This document shows positions 1 through 8,582 of a stretch of 64,000 nucleotides of DNA, one piece after another. Source of the stretch: a candidate division FCPU426 bacterium (GTDB lineage: Bacteria; Oederibacteriota; JAAXVQ01; JAUVAV01); the NCBI GenBank assembly GCA_040756875.1, contig JBFLYH010000002.1:158526-222525 (forward strand). Direction: 5' to 3'. The notes under the pieces are model-generated. The model ran no database searches. It saw nothing but the letters and a program-made list of their open reading frames with translations, and was not told the origin of the DNA. Position numbers and translations under genes: made by a program. Position 1 is the stretch's first letter; each line of letters opens with the position of its first letter.

Positions 1-23
1 TCAATATAGACTTCCTTGCCCAT
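1..23 (-). CDS. 5' end of a gene running off the window (MGKEVYI...)
   Basis: ATG at 23 preceded by GGAGGAG RBS on the minus strand; only 7 codons visible. Confidence 0.5.
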
Positions 24-121
24 GGCTCCTCCGGTTGCGTATTCGTTGTCTCTTTTTATCACAAGGCGCGCGGCCAATGCAATCGCTTAAGCATTATCAA
101 AACTTTTTCCTGCGGCGCCTC

Positions 122-1111
122 TCACCTTTGCCAGCGCGCCGCCTCGCCCCGCACGTCAATGTGCACGAACGGACCGTGATTGCCCCGCTCGTCGTAAACG
201 CCCAACCCGCCCACCTTGTCCTGGTGCCTGGGCTCGCCCTCGATGTGCTCCACCATGCTCCGCAGCGCTTCCACGTCCCCCAGGTCGCTTTTGCCGTTGT
301 GGTTCAAATCGTCCATTTTGCCGTCGCCGTCCGCGTCCACGGCCACGTCCGCGGCCTGGCCCCATTGGTGGAGGCTGAATTCAGCCTGTTTGAGCAGCCG
401 GTTGTAGTGGGGCGTACGAAACGCCGAGGAAATGCTCAGCGTGCGGCAGGGATGGCCTTCCAGGTTGACTTTGGCCAGCAGCTCCTCCAGCTTGACCAGC
501 AGCCGCTCGTCCAACACCAGGTATTTCGGGAAATCGCCGGCCTGACGGCAGAGGAACTGCTGCAGCTGGAAATGGGGGCTGACCCAGGTCTCCAGATTGT
601 CCTCCCGGACTTCCACGAATCCGCGGGGAGGCCCAAAGCCGTTGAAGGAATTGGAACGGGGCTCGGGATAACTGCCGATGAGGTAGCCGTTCAATACGCC
701 GCCAACCATGTGGTCGTACGGCACCAGCACCAGGGCCAGCAGCTGCACGGAATCCCGGTCCGGCAGGCGGTGGATGGTCACCAGGCATTCGCCCGGCTGG
801 TCCGGCGCGGTCCAGCGCCAGTGCCTGGGGTCCAGGCTTTCCATGGTTCCTACCTGAGCTTCAAGGCGGAATTGCTTGTCCCAATCCGCGTCCAGCGCCT
901 CCACGTCGACTGTCTCGGAAGGCAGCACGGTCACGGCCTGGAGCCGGTAGCCGGCCACCAGGTTTTGGCAGCGGACGCTGAAGCTCGCGCGGCCGGAATC
1001 GAATTTCGGTTTCCGTCTGGCTTCAGTCGGGTTGGCCAGGGTCAGGGCTGCCAGCAGAGCGAGAGCCGTTGCTATTGAAAGCGCGTTTCTAGCTGGCACG
1101 GGTTTGGCCAC
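122..1111 (-). CDS. Exported peptidase M15A-like (D-Ala-D-Ala carboxypeptidase-type) Zn metallopeptidase
   Basis: Signal-peptide-like N-terminus; SAFRTPHYN, SLHQWGQAAD and FVHIDVRG motifs; EF-hand-like DADGDGKMDDLN insert. Confidence 0.8.
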   Translation of the reverse strand: MAKPVPARNALSIATALALLAALTLANPTEARRKPKFDSGRASFSVRCQNLVAGYRLQAVTVLPSETVDVEALDADWDKQFRLEAQVGTMESLDPRHWRWTAPDQPGECLVTIHRLPDRDSVQLLALVLVPYDHMVGGVLNGYLIGSYPEPRSNSFNGFGPPRGFVEVREDNLETWVSPHFQLQQFLCRQAGDFPKYLVLDERLLVKLEELLAKVNLEGHPCRTLSISSAFRTPHYNRLLKQAEFSLHQWGQAADVAVDADGDGKMDDLNHNGKSDLGDVEALRSMVEHIEGEPRHQDKVGGLGVYDERGNHGPFVHIDVRGEAARWQR

Positions 1112-1114
1112 CGG

Positions 1115-2047
1115 TTATCCCTGGGGTTCGGCGCCGGCTTTGGGCTTCCAAATGACCGAGGCTAAAATGGAAACAGCCAGCACCACGGCAATAAAACCCA
1201 ATGCCAGTTGGATGGGCATGTGATACAGGTCGGAGAGAGTCATCTTGACGCCGATGAAGGCGAGGATCACAGCCAGGCCGTAATTCAGGTAGTGGAACAT
1301 CCGCATAAAACCGGACAGCGCGAAATACAGGGAGCGCAGGCCGAGAATGGCGAAAATGTTGGAGGTGTAGACCAGGAACGGGTCCGTGGTGATGGCCAGG
1401 ATGGCGGGGATGGAATCCAGGGCGAAAATCACATCCGTGCTCTCCACCACTAGCACCGTGACCAGCAGCGGTGTGACCAGCCAGCGCCCTCCCTGGCGCA
1501 CGAAAAAGCGGCTGCCTTCGAACTGGGATGTCACGGGGAAAAACCGGCGCAAAATCCTCACGAAAATATTTTTGTCCGGCTCCAGTTCCTTTTTCTCTTT
1601 CTGCCAGGCCAGGCGCAGGCCGGTATAGATAAGGAAAAGGCCGAACAAATAAATCAGCCAGTGGAACCGGTGGATCAGGGTCACTCCGGTCGCGATGAAC
1701 AAGCCGCGCATGACCACCGCGCCCAATATGCCCCAAAACAGCACCTTGTGCTGGTATTGGCTCGGCACGCGGAAGTAGGAAAAGATGATGATAAAAACGA
1801 AGAGGTTGTCGACGCTGAGGGATTCCTCGACCAGATAGCCGGTCAAGAACAGCAAGGCAGACTCCTGGCCCCGCCACCACCACACGCCCAGGTTGAACAA
1901 CAGGGCCAAAGAAATCCAGATTGCGCTCCAGGTCAGCGCCTCGCGGAAGCTGACCTCATGGGCGCGGCGGTTGAATACGCCCAGGTCCAGGGCCATCATA
2001 ATCACGATGACAGCGCCAAATACCATCCACGCCAAGGTCTGTCCCAC
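1115..2047 (-). CDS. TerC/Alx family metal homeostasis membrane protein
   Basis: GYLVEESLSVDNLFVF, DVIFALDSIPA and FLVYTSNIFAILGLRSLYF signatures; multiple TM helices. Confidence 0.93.
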   Translation of the reverse strand: MGQTLAWMVFGAVIVIMMALDLGVFNRRAHEVSFREALTWSAIWISLALLFNLGVWWWRGQESALLFLTGYLVEESLSVDNLFVFIIIFSYFRVPSQYQHKVLFWGILGAVVMRGLFIATGVTLIHRFHWLIYLFGLFLIYTGLRLAWQKEKKELEPDKNIFVRILRRFFPVTSQFEGSRFFVRQGGRWLVTPLLVTVLVVESTDVIFALDSIPAILAITTDPFLVYTSNIFAILGLRSLYFALSGFMRMFHYLNYGLAVILAFIGVKMTLSDLYHMPIQLALGFIAVVLAVSILASVIWKPKAGAEPQG

Positions 2048-2141
2048 GCTGTATCTCCTATGCTTTTTGGGATTCCCAAGCTCTATTCGTTCCCAAGTTC
2101 AATACCAGATATTAGTGCGTTTGTAAAATTAAATTGGACAA

Positions 2142-2669
2142 TCAGATTACAAATACCGGCGGGAGAAACAGCGCAGCCAATGTTCCCAGGAAAATAAAGG
2201 CAGCATACGGCAGGGCGTCCTGTTCGGAAAACGGGGCGGGTTTTCGTTTGGAACCGAGCATGGAACCTATCCAGAGGAGCAGGTTCTTGAGGGTGGCGAT
2301 CAACTTGCCTTTGATGATCAGGGCTGCTACGGCCCAGAGCCCGCCGGCCACGGCCGTGTAAAACCAGGCCTGCAGGACAAAACCCGCTCCGCCGAAAGCG
2401 CCGACCACGGCCATGAGTTTGATGTCGCCGGCGCCCATGCCTTCCACCAGCAGGAAGGGCAAAAACAGCAGACCGCCGACCACCAGGCCTAATAAACCAA
2501 ACCCCAGGCCTGGCCAGCCTGCTCCGATTGTATTGATCGCCACTCCCAGGACTAGAGCAGGAAGCGTCAGCCAGTCATAGATTTTTCGCCGAACAAGATC
2601 AGTGATTGCAGCTATTAGCAATACTGACAAAAGAAAGATTCCGTTTATCGAAGACATCCAGTCATGCAA
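2142..2669 (-). CDS. cpaA: A24 family prepilin peptidase (CpaA/TadV-like)
   Basis: TD..RRKI.D motif and GMGAGDIKL catalytic motif; directly downstream of Flp pilins. Confidence 0.9.
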   Translation of the reverse strand: MHDWMSSINGIFLLSVLLIAAITDLVRRKIYDWLTLPALVLGVAINTIGAGWPGLGFGLLGLVVGGLLFLPFLLVEGMGAGDIKLMAVVGAFGGAGFVLQAWFYTAVAGGLWAVAALIIKGKLIATLKNLLLWIGSMLGSKRKPAPFSEQDALPYAAFIFLGTLAALFLPPVFVI

Positions 2670-2671
2670 TT

Positions 2672-2857
2672 TTAATCAGGATTTTCGATGGCATTATTCA
2701 ACTTATCTTGCGTGTTCCCAAACCAGCCTTGAATCTGTTTGCCAAACCCTTTCAAAACCACGATGGCCAAAACCGCCACGATGGCAATGATCAGAATGTA
2801 TTCCACCAATCCCTGCCCCTTCTCATTTTTGAACATTTTCCGCATTTTTTGCAGCAT
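2672..2857 (-). CDS. flp: Flp family type IVb pilin
   Basis: KNEKG/QGLVEYILII cleavage and Flp motif followed by hydrophobic helix; start placed at MLQKM after GGAGG RBS. Confidence 0.9.
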   Translation of the reverse strand: MLQKMRKMFKNEKGQGLVEYILIIAIVAVLAIVVLKGFGKQIQGWFGNTQDKLNNAIENPD

Positions 2858-2905
2858 CAATGGTTCACCCCTCCGAAGGATTGCGGACCCAGCCACAGGC
2901 TGCGA

Positions 2906-3115
2906 TTACCGCGTTTTGCTAATGACCTGGGCCACAGCATTCAGAAACTTGGCCAATGGCCCGTTCCAGGTTCCCAGCACCAGCCCAAAAGCCAGGGCTA
3001 CGAACGCAATAACCAGAATATACTCGGTCAAGGACTGCCCCTGCTGATTACCAACCAGCATGCAAGCGCGCAGTTTCATCTTTTTCCACATGGAAAAGCC
3101 GCTCATAGCAGTCAA
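2906..3115 (-). CDS. Second Flp-like pilin (start uncertain)
   Basis: QQG/QSLTEYILVI Flp motif plus hydrophobic helix. Confidence 0.75.
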   Translation of the reverse strand: MTAMSGFSMWKKMKLRACMLVGNQQGQSLTEYILVIAFVALAFGLVLGTWNGPLAKFLNAVAQVISKTR

Positions 3116-3172
3116 AGTATTAGACCGGTTATCAGTATTTTTTCATGCGGTTTTTTTTGCGGGGCAACCGCG

Positions 3173-3201
3173 TTGACCGGCCATGTATGGCACTATATAA
3201 T
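3173..3201 (+). promoter_or_regulatory. Sigma70-type promoter
   Basis: TTGACC-N17-TATAAT, 51 nt upstream of the ATG at 3253. Confidence 0.7.
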
Positions 3202-3252
3202 AGCCCGGAAAGTGGAATCAAGCACAATATCTGGAATGAGACGGAGGCAACC

Positions 3253-4194
3253 ATGCTCTCCCAGCTTTCCCGCCGCGCAACCGTGGCACTTGGCGTTGGA
3301 CTTCTGGCCTTGCTGCTGCAATGGCTGGTCCTGGCCTACCTCAACCAGCTTTCCCAGAGCCAATTTGCGGACACTAGCCGCAAGCTTCTCACTCAAATCG
3401 CCAGGGACTTGGGCGACCAGCTCTCCCGCGCCCTGACGGCCGGCGACGACCTGGCCGCGCTCTCGGTCCTCAAAGCCGGCAGAAACATCCATCCCCAGCT
3501 GCAAAAAGCCGAAGTTTTCGACCGCCAGGGAAAAATCATCCTGCATTCTGACCCGGGCATGCTCGGGCAAAAAACCCGCAGCCTTAGCGGGCCCAGGCCC
3601 ATGGTGCCTGAACTCAGCCTGGCCCGCCAGGAAGGCCGGCCTTTTGCCGTAGTGCTGGTCCCCCTGCCCCACGACGAGGACTTGCTCCTGCGCGCCTACT
3701 TCGACGAAACCTCCATGCTGCAAAGCCGCCGGGTCTATATCGTGCGCTTCTACGTGTTGCTCCTGCTGACCTCTTTGCTGCTCAGCCTGTTCGTCTATTT
3801 CCGGCTGGGGCGTTTCGAATTGCTGGACCCGCGCGAACGGGCTGAAAACTCCCCTTCCGCCGGCGCGGCGCTCCCGGCCCGCCTGGCCGGGCTGCTGCTG
3901 GCTGATTTTCCAGCCGCGGCTTTAGCCGTGAACCGCAACAACCGCATCGTGGCCGGCAATGCCCTGGCCTGCGAGCTGCTGAATTGCCGTCCCGAGGAGC
4001 TGGAAGGCCTGCACGTGCTGCAGGCGCCGCTGCCTGCCGGCCTGCAGGAACTGTACCGGGAAGCCCTCCGCACCCCGGAACGCGGGGCCGAGGCCAAGCT
4101 CAACCTCAAGCCCAAGGAACCCGGACTGCTGGTCAAAATCCGCTGCACACCCGCTTCAGCCGACTGGGAACTGGCCCTGGTGCAACTGGGATGA
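3253..4194 (+). CDS. Membrane sensor-like protein (TM, extracytoplasmic domain, TM, C-terminal PAS-like domain) with no kinase or output domain
   Basis: Two hydrophobic segments; AVNRNNRIVAGN..ACELL...PEELEG PAS-like motif; GGAGG RBS before 3253. Confidence 0.7.
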   Translation: MLSQLSRRATVALGVGLLALLLQWLVLAYLNQLSQSQFADTSRKLLTQIARDLGDQLSRALTAGDDLAALSVLKAGRNIHPQLQKAEVFDRQGKIILHSDPGMLGQKTRSLSGPRPMVPELSLARQEGRPFAVVLVPLPHDEDLLLRAYFDETSMLQSRRVYIVRFYVLLLLTSLLLSLFVYFRLGRFELLDPRERAENSPSAGAALPARLAGLLLADFPAAALAVNRNNRIVAGNALACELLNCRPEELEGLHVLQAPLPAGLQELYREALRTPERGAEAKLNLKPKEPGLLVKIRCTPASADWELALVQLG

Positions 4195-4643
4195 AACCCG
4201 TCCGTCGTAACGAGCAGGGCCAGGCCGTGGTGGAACTGGCGCTGGTGGTCTTCCTGTTCGCGTTCTTTGCCACGGGCATCATCCAGCTGGTCTGGATCGG
4301 CATGGCGCAGTTGCGGTGCCAGACCGCGGCCCGCGAAGCCGCCAAGCTGGTCAACCTTTTCAATAATACCAACATGCGAGGTTTTTCCGATCACGTCCCT
4401 TATCTCCTGCCAGGCTGCCGCCTGGACACCTCGGCCCCGGGAAACAGCGACGACGAAGGCCGCGTGGTCACGGTCCGTTACACGGTCCAGCCCATCGGGT
4501 TCTTCCGCCTGCTGCGGCCCCAGGGGTTCGAGGTGTCGGCCAAGAGCGCGGTCATCGCCAAAATCCAAACGCCCAAAGCCGCGGAGCTTATCCGCCGGGG
4601 GTTTGACGCGCTTCAGGATTTAGTCAACGAATTGAAAAATTAA
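4191..4643 (+). CDS. tadE: TadE family pseudopilin
   Basis: EQG/QAVVELALVV and AAREAA motifs; ATGA overlap with the upstream gene. Confidence 0.85.
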   Translation: MKPVRRNEQGQAVVELALVVFLFAFFATGIIQLVWIGMAQLRCQTAAREAAKLVNLFNNTNMRGFSDHVPYLLPGCRLDTSAPGNSDDEGRVVTVRYTVQPIGFFRLLRPQGFEVSAKSAVIAKIQTPKAAELIRRGFDALQDLVNELKN

Positions 4644-4821
4644 CAGGGTGCTGAAAAACCCATATATGTTCCTTTAGCACCCTGCACTGGCCCTCTTTGG
4701 CAAATAAGGCTAGCAGGGCCAGCACCTGACGGTTACCCCATGAAAAACCTCTGATTTTTCATGGGGTATTCCATGCGATGCAATCGAAAAAGACCGCTCT
4801 GCGGGATTTTTCATCAGCCTA
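4644..4821 (+). mobile_element. MITE family A, copy 1
   Basis: Imperfect 15-bp terminal inverted repeats (CAGGGTGCTGAAAAA / TTTTTCATCAGCCTA); internal palindrome TACCCCATGAAAAA..TTTTTCATGGGGTA; homologous to 13887-14175 and 19117-19229. Confidence 0.85.
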
Positions 4822-4876
4822 CTAAACGGCGGGAATGGCGTATCTGCCGCAGGTCTGCAACGCCGGCTGGCGGGTG

Positions 4877-5383
4877 CTACCTGTCGTGGTGCCGCTGTTT
4901 CATCCGCTGGCGCAGTTTCTGGCGCTCTTCCGGAGACAGATTGCGCCAGTGATGGTAGCGTTTCAGCCAGCGCTGGCGCTGCTCGGGGCTGAGCTGGCGG
5001 AAACGCTCATAGTTGTTGTGGATCCGTTCCCGGCGCTCGGGCGGGAGCTTTTCCCATTCCGCCCAGCGTGCGCGCAGGGCTTTGCGCTCCTCGGGCGTCA
5101 GTTGGGAGTAGCGGTGGAACGCGCCGCGGACCTGTTTCTGCCGGTCAGGCGGCAGGTTGCGGAAATGCTCCCAGCGCGCGCGCAACGCCTTGCGTTCCTC
5201 GGGCGAGAGTTTCTCCCAGGCGCGGTGGCGCTCCCTCAGGGTTTGCCGCTCGGCCGGAGTCAGCTTCTGCCACTGCTCCCGCTTCTGCTCCGCAGGCGCG
5301 GCGGTTTCGGTTTCGGCCCAAACCGCCGGACCGGCGGCAGCCGCACATGCCGTCAGGATGAGGATCATGCTCAGTCGGCGCAT
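4877..5383 (-). CDS. DUF3106-like exported protein with W..L.PE(E/Q)R repeats
   Basis: Signal peptide; about 7 Arg-rich WxxLxPEER-type repeats; ECF/anti-sigma context. Confidence 0.8.
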   Translation of the reverse strand: MRRLSMILILTACAAAAGPAVWAETETAAPAEQKREQWQKLTPAERQTLRERHRAWEKLSPEERKALRARWEHFRNLPPDRQKQVRGAFHRYSQLTPEERKALRARWAEWEKLPPERRERIHNNYERFRQLSPEQRQRWLKRYHHWRNLSPEERQKLRQRMKQRHHDR

Positions 5384-5384
5384 A

Positions 5385-5624
5385 TTATTTCGCCTCCTTT
5401 TCCAAAGCGGTCCATTGTTCCGGGGTCAGGGCTTCCAGCATTTCCAGGTTCTCCATGAATTCCATGTCCTCCAGCAGGGCCAGTTCCTGCAACAGTTCCG
5501 CTTCTTCGGCCACAGCCGCATCCTCGGGCGTCGCCACGGGCTGCGGGGCCTGGCCGGCAGCCTGGGCCGCCTGCGTCCAGGCGAAAATCCCGCCTAATGC
5601 CAGGGCCAGCCAGCGCGCGCTCAC
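5385..5624 (-). CDS. Small exported acidic protein (MSARWLALALGG...LEDMEFMENLEMLE)
   Basis: GTG start overlapping the anti-sigma stop (GTGA) with AAGGA RBS; signal peptide; abuts the next gene. Confidence 0.7.
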   Translation of the reverse strand: MSARWLALALGGIFAWTQAAQAAGQAPQPVATPEDAAVAEEAELLQELALLEDMEFMENLEMLEALTPEQWTALEKEAK

Positions 5625-6103
5625 GACGGTTCCTTGGCCGAAGGATCCACGGACTCGATTTCTTCCCAGTGTTCGAACAAATCCAGATCTTCGAGCAAGT
5701 CCAGGTTTTCGTACAAGTCCAGGTCCTGGGCCAGGGCCACTTCGAACGCTTCCCGGCCGGGCCGCACCTCCGCGCGCCACGGCCACCACCACACCGCGGC
5801 CCCGACGGCCACGACCAAGCCGGCAGCCGCGCCCAGCCAGGCCGGCTGCGCGTACCACGCCCTCCGCCTGCCCAGCCGGGCCTGGGCTTCGCGCACGCGC
5901 GCGGCCAGGCGGGTTTCGAAACCGGGCGAGGCGGCCGGGACCTGCCAGGCGGACAGGGCGGCGTGCAGTTTGCGCACCTGTTCCAGTTCCTCGCGGCAGC
6001 CAATGCATCCCTCCAGATGGCGTTCGAACGGTTCGGCGTTTTCGGGCGCCAGACTGCCCTTAAGGTAGGCTTCCATGTGTTCGCGGCACTGATTGCAGTT
6101 CAT
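5621..6103 (-). CDS. zf-HC2 anti-sigma factor, membrane anchored
   Basis: MNC..C...HLEGC..C ZAS motif, one TM helix, acidic C-terminus. Confidence 0.9.
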   Translation of the reverse strand: MNCNQCREHMEAYLKGSLAPENAEPFERHLEGCIGCREELEQVRKLHAALSAWQVPAASPGFETRLAARVREAQARLGRRRAWYAQPAWLGAAAGLVVAVGAAVWWWPWRAEVRPGREAFEVALAQDLDLYENLDLLEDLDLFEHWEEIESVDPSAKEPS

Positions 6104-6124
6104 GGCACCCTCCTGATCTTCACG

Positions 6125-6718
6125 TTATTTCTGCACGTACGCGGCCAGGCTGATCCGCAGCTTGGCCCGCGCCCGAAACAACAGCGACTTGACCGCAGGA
6201 ATGCTCTTGCGCAGCACTTCCGCAATCCGTTCCAGGGGCTGGTCCTCCCAGTGGTCCAGGATCAGGGCCATGCGCTCGTCCGGGGGCAGGCGGTCCACGG
6301 CCCTCCGCACCATGAGCGATTGCTCCTCTTCCTCCAGCACCTGGGCCGCCGGCACGGCCGCCGGATCCGCCCATTGCCTGGCCGGCGCTTCAGGATCAGC
6401 CGATACCGGCGCCTCCAGGCTCTGCGCAGGATGCCGTTTGCGGTGGCGCAGGGCGTTGAGGCAAAGGCGGTTCGCGATCGTAAAGAGGTACGAGCTGAAC
6501 TTGGCGCTCGGCCGGTAGCGGTCCCGCGCCTGGACCAGCCGGATGAACGTCTCCTGGGCAATGTCCTCGGCTTCAGTCCGGTTTTGCAGGAACCGGTACG
6601 CCACGGCTCTCACCCGCTCCCGGTATTTATTCACGAGCGCGGTCAGGGCCGTTTCATCGCCGGCCTGCCAGCGCTCGACCCAATCGATGTCTTCGTCTCT
6701 CACGATGGGACCTCTCAT
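6125..6718 (-). CDS. ECF RNA polymerase sigma factor (start may be the GTG at 6703)
   Basis: AEDIAQETF, FSSYLFTIA.N region 2; LP...R..L and VKSLLFRAR region 4. Confidence 0.93.
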   Translation of the reverse strand: MRGPIVRDEDIDWVERWQAGDETALTALVNKYRERVRAVAYRFLQNRTEAEDIAQETFIRLVQARDRYRPSAKFSSYLFTIANRLCLNALRHRKRHPAQSLEAPVSADPEAPARQWADPAAVPAAQVLEEEEQSLMVRRAVDRLPPDERMALILDHWEDQPLERIAEVLRKSIPAVKSLLFRARAKLRISLAAYVQK

Positions 6719-8013
6719 GGCTTATAACCCCGCGGCCGCGGCTTGGTTGCGGACAATTCTCCGTCCTGGCTCAGGTTCAGGCTCCCGGGCCGCAATACTT
6801 TCAACCCCCTGGCCGCCACTTTGACCACAGCCGAAGGCTTGGAAGCCAGAGGCTGGTCCGAAGCCACCAGGCAATCCGCGAAAACCCTTATTTGGCCGGA
6901 CACTTTCCGGAGCGCTGCCGGCGCGGGCTGTCCGGCGGGGTTGGCCGAGGTCACAGCCAGGGCGCCGCCGCAGCGCCGGATGATGTCCCGGGCCAGGCCA
7001 TGGTCCGGAACCCGCAAGGCCACCGTGCGGCTGCCGCGCAAAAGTCGCCCCCAGGGAGTGCCGGGTTTCACCGGCAGCACCAGGGTCAATGGGCCTGGCC
7101 AGTGCCGCCGGATCAGGTCCGGCGCCTGGCCAATCAGGCGGGCGTAGCGCGAAGCCTGCGCAGGCGAAGCAAGCAGCAGGACCAGCGGATTGCCTTCGGG
7201 CCGGCCTTTGGCGCGGTACAGCAGGCTGATGCCCGCTGCATCCGGCCGGGCGGCCAAGCCGTACACTGTGTCCGTGGGAATGACCGCGAGCCGTCCCTTG
7301 CGCAGGCTCGCAACCGCGGCCGCCGCGGCCAGGCGTTTCTGGACCGGCGTGCGCGTGCGCAGCCAGGTTCCGGTCGCCGGTTGCAGCAGCCCGGGCAAAC
7401 GGTACAGATCAGACGGCCGCCCCACCAGCAGGGTGTGCATGCCCGCTTCAGCCGCGGGCGCCAGGTCCAATTCGAAGCGGTCGCCCACGGACAGGCATTC
7501 CCCGGGCGCCACGCCCAGCCGTTCCGCGCACAGCCGGTACAGCCTGGCCGAGGGCTTGAACAGGCGGGTGTCGGACAAGGCCAGCAGGTCGTCGAAGCAG
7601 TCCGCCACGCCCAGAGCCTTGAGCGTGGCAACCAGGTTGGAGCGGTGGTTGTTGGTGACCACGGCCAGCCGGAAATGCGTACGCAATTCAAGCAGGACGC
7701 GGCGCAGCCGGCGGTCGGGTTTCACGTACGCATGAGGGTTCACCCATCGGGCCGCGAGCTTGGCCCAGCGCTTATCCGAAACGCCGATCTGCGTGAGGGT
7801 GAAAAGTTTGGAAGGGGTGCGCCCCAAGCGGGCGCGGAGGCGCTGGGTGGCGGCCGTGAAACGGCGTAGGGCCTCGGCCCGGGTCACGCCCAGGACCTGG
7901 GCCGCGACCCGTTCGATGGATTCGTTGTACGCCCGGTCCAACCGGGCGTTGGTGTAAAGCGTGCCGTCCATGTCGAAAACGACGGCGCGCAGCGGCGGAA
8001 AATGCGGCGGCAT
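6715..8013 (-). CDS. tsaC: Fusion of HAD-IA hydrolase and L-threonylcarbamoyladenylate synthase (TsaC/YrdC/Sua5 domain)
   Basis: N-terminal FDMDGTL, VTNN, KP, VGD...D HAD motifs; C-terminal IPTDTVYGL, KGRP..NPL, WPGPLT, TSAN motifs in one frame. Confidence 0.88.
   Translation of the reverse strand: MPPHFPPLRAVVFDMDGTLYTNARLDRAYNESIERVAAQVLGVTRAEALRRFTAATQRLRARLGRTPSKLFTLTQIGVSDKRWAKLAARWVNPHAYVKPDRRLRRVLLELRTHFRLAVVTNNHRSNLVATLKALGVADCFDDLLALSDTRLFKPSARLYRLCAERLGVAPGECLSVGDRFELDLAPAAEAGMHTLLVGRPSDLYRLPGLLQPATGTWLRTRTPVQKRLAAAAAVASLRKGRLAVIPTDTVYGLAARPDAAGISLLYRAKGRPEGNPLVLLLASPAQASRYARLIGQAPDLIRRHWPGPLTLVLPVKPGTPWGRLLRGSRTVALRVPDHGLARDIIRRCGGALAVTSANPAGQPAPAALRKVSGQIRVFADCLVASDQPLASKPSAVVKVAARGLKVLRPGSLNLSQDGELSATKPRPRGYKP
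6723..6750 (-). promoter_or_regulatory. Putative ECF autoregulatory promoter
   Basis: GCAACC-N16-GTTATA immediately upstream of the ECF gene, inside the 3' end of the upstream CDS. Confidence 0.5.
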
Positions 8014-8025
8014 GCTGAAGCCGGG

Positions 8026-8553
8026 TTACATGGTCTCGATGTACTTGTCCAGGCCCAGTTGGGACAATTTGGCGGCTTTTTTCTCCACGCCCTGCAGCAG
8101 TTCGCCCCGGAACTTTTTCAGCGCGTCGGCGATGGGCCCGTACTTGCGCGCCAGGATCTGGGCGGCGAACAGCGCGGCGTTGGTGGCGCCGCCCTTGCCC
8201 ACGGCCATGGCCGCCACGGGCACGCCCGAGGGCATCTGCACGATGGACAGCAGCGAATCCTCGCCGTTGAAGTACAGGGTGGGCATGGGGATGCCGATGA
8301 CCGGGAGCAGGGTCTCACCCGCGATCACGCCGGGCAAGTGGGCCGCGCCGCCGGCGCCGGCGATGATCACCTCGGCCCCGCGCTTTTCGAGCGATTGCAC
8401 CCACTCCCGCACCCTGGCGGGCGAGCGGTGCGCCGAGGCGATGGTCAGGTCATAGCCGATCCCAAGGTATTCGAGCATCTTCACGGTTTCCTGCAACACC
8501 GGCAGGTCCGAGTCGCTTCCCACCACGATTCCCACCAACGCTTTGTCCTGCAT
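8026..8553 (-). CDS. purE: N5-carboxyaminoimidazole ribonucleotide mutase
   Basis: [37 protein letters not shown]. Confidence 0.96.
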   Translation of the reverse strand: MQDKALVGIVVGSDSDLPVLQETVKMLEYLGIGYDLTIASAHRSPARVREWVQSLEKRGAEVIIAGAGGAAHLPGVIAGETLLPVIGIPMPTLYFNGEDSLLSIVQMPSGVPVAAMAVGKGGATNAALFAAQILARKYGPIADALKKFRGELLQGVEKKAAKLSQLGLDKYIETM

Positions 8554-8582
8554 GTCCGTCCCTCCTTGAGTCATTCTGAAAA

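Noticed and set aside
2048-2141. yybP-ykoY Mn riboswitch ahead of terC/alx
   Set aside because: The gap is short and AT-rich, without the expected conserved motifs or stems.
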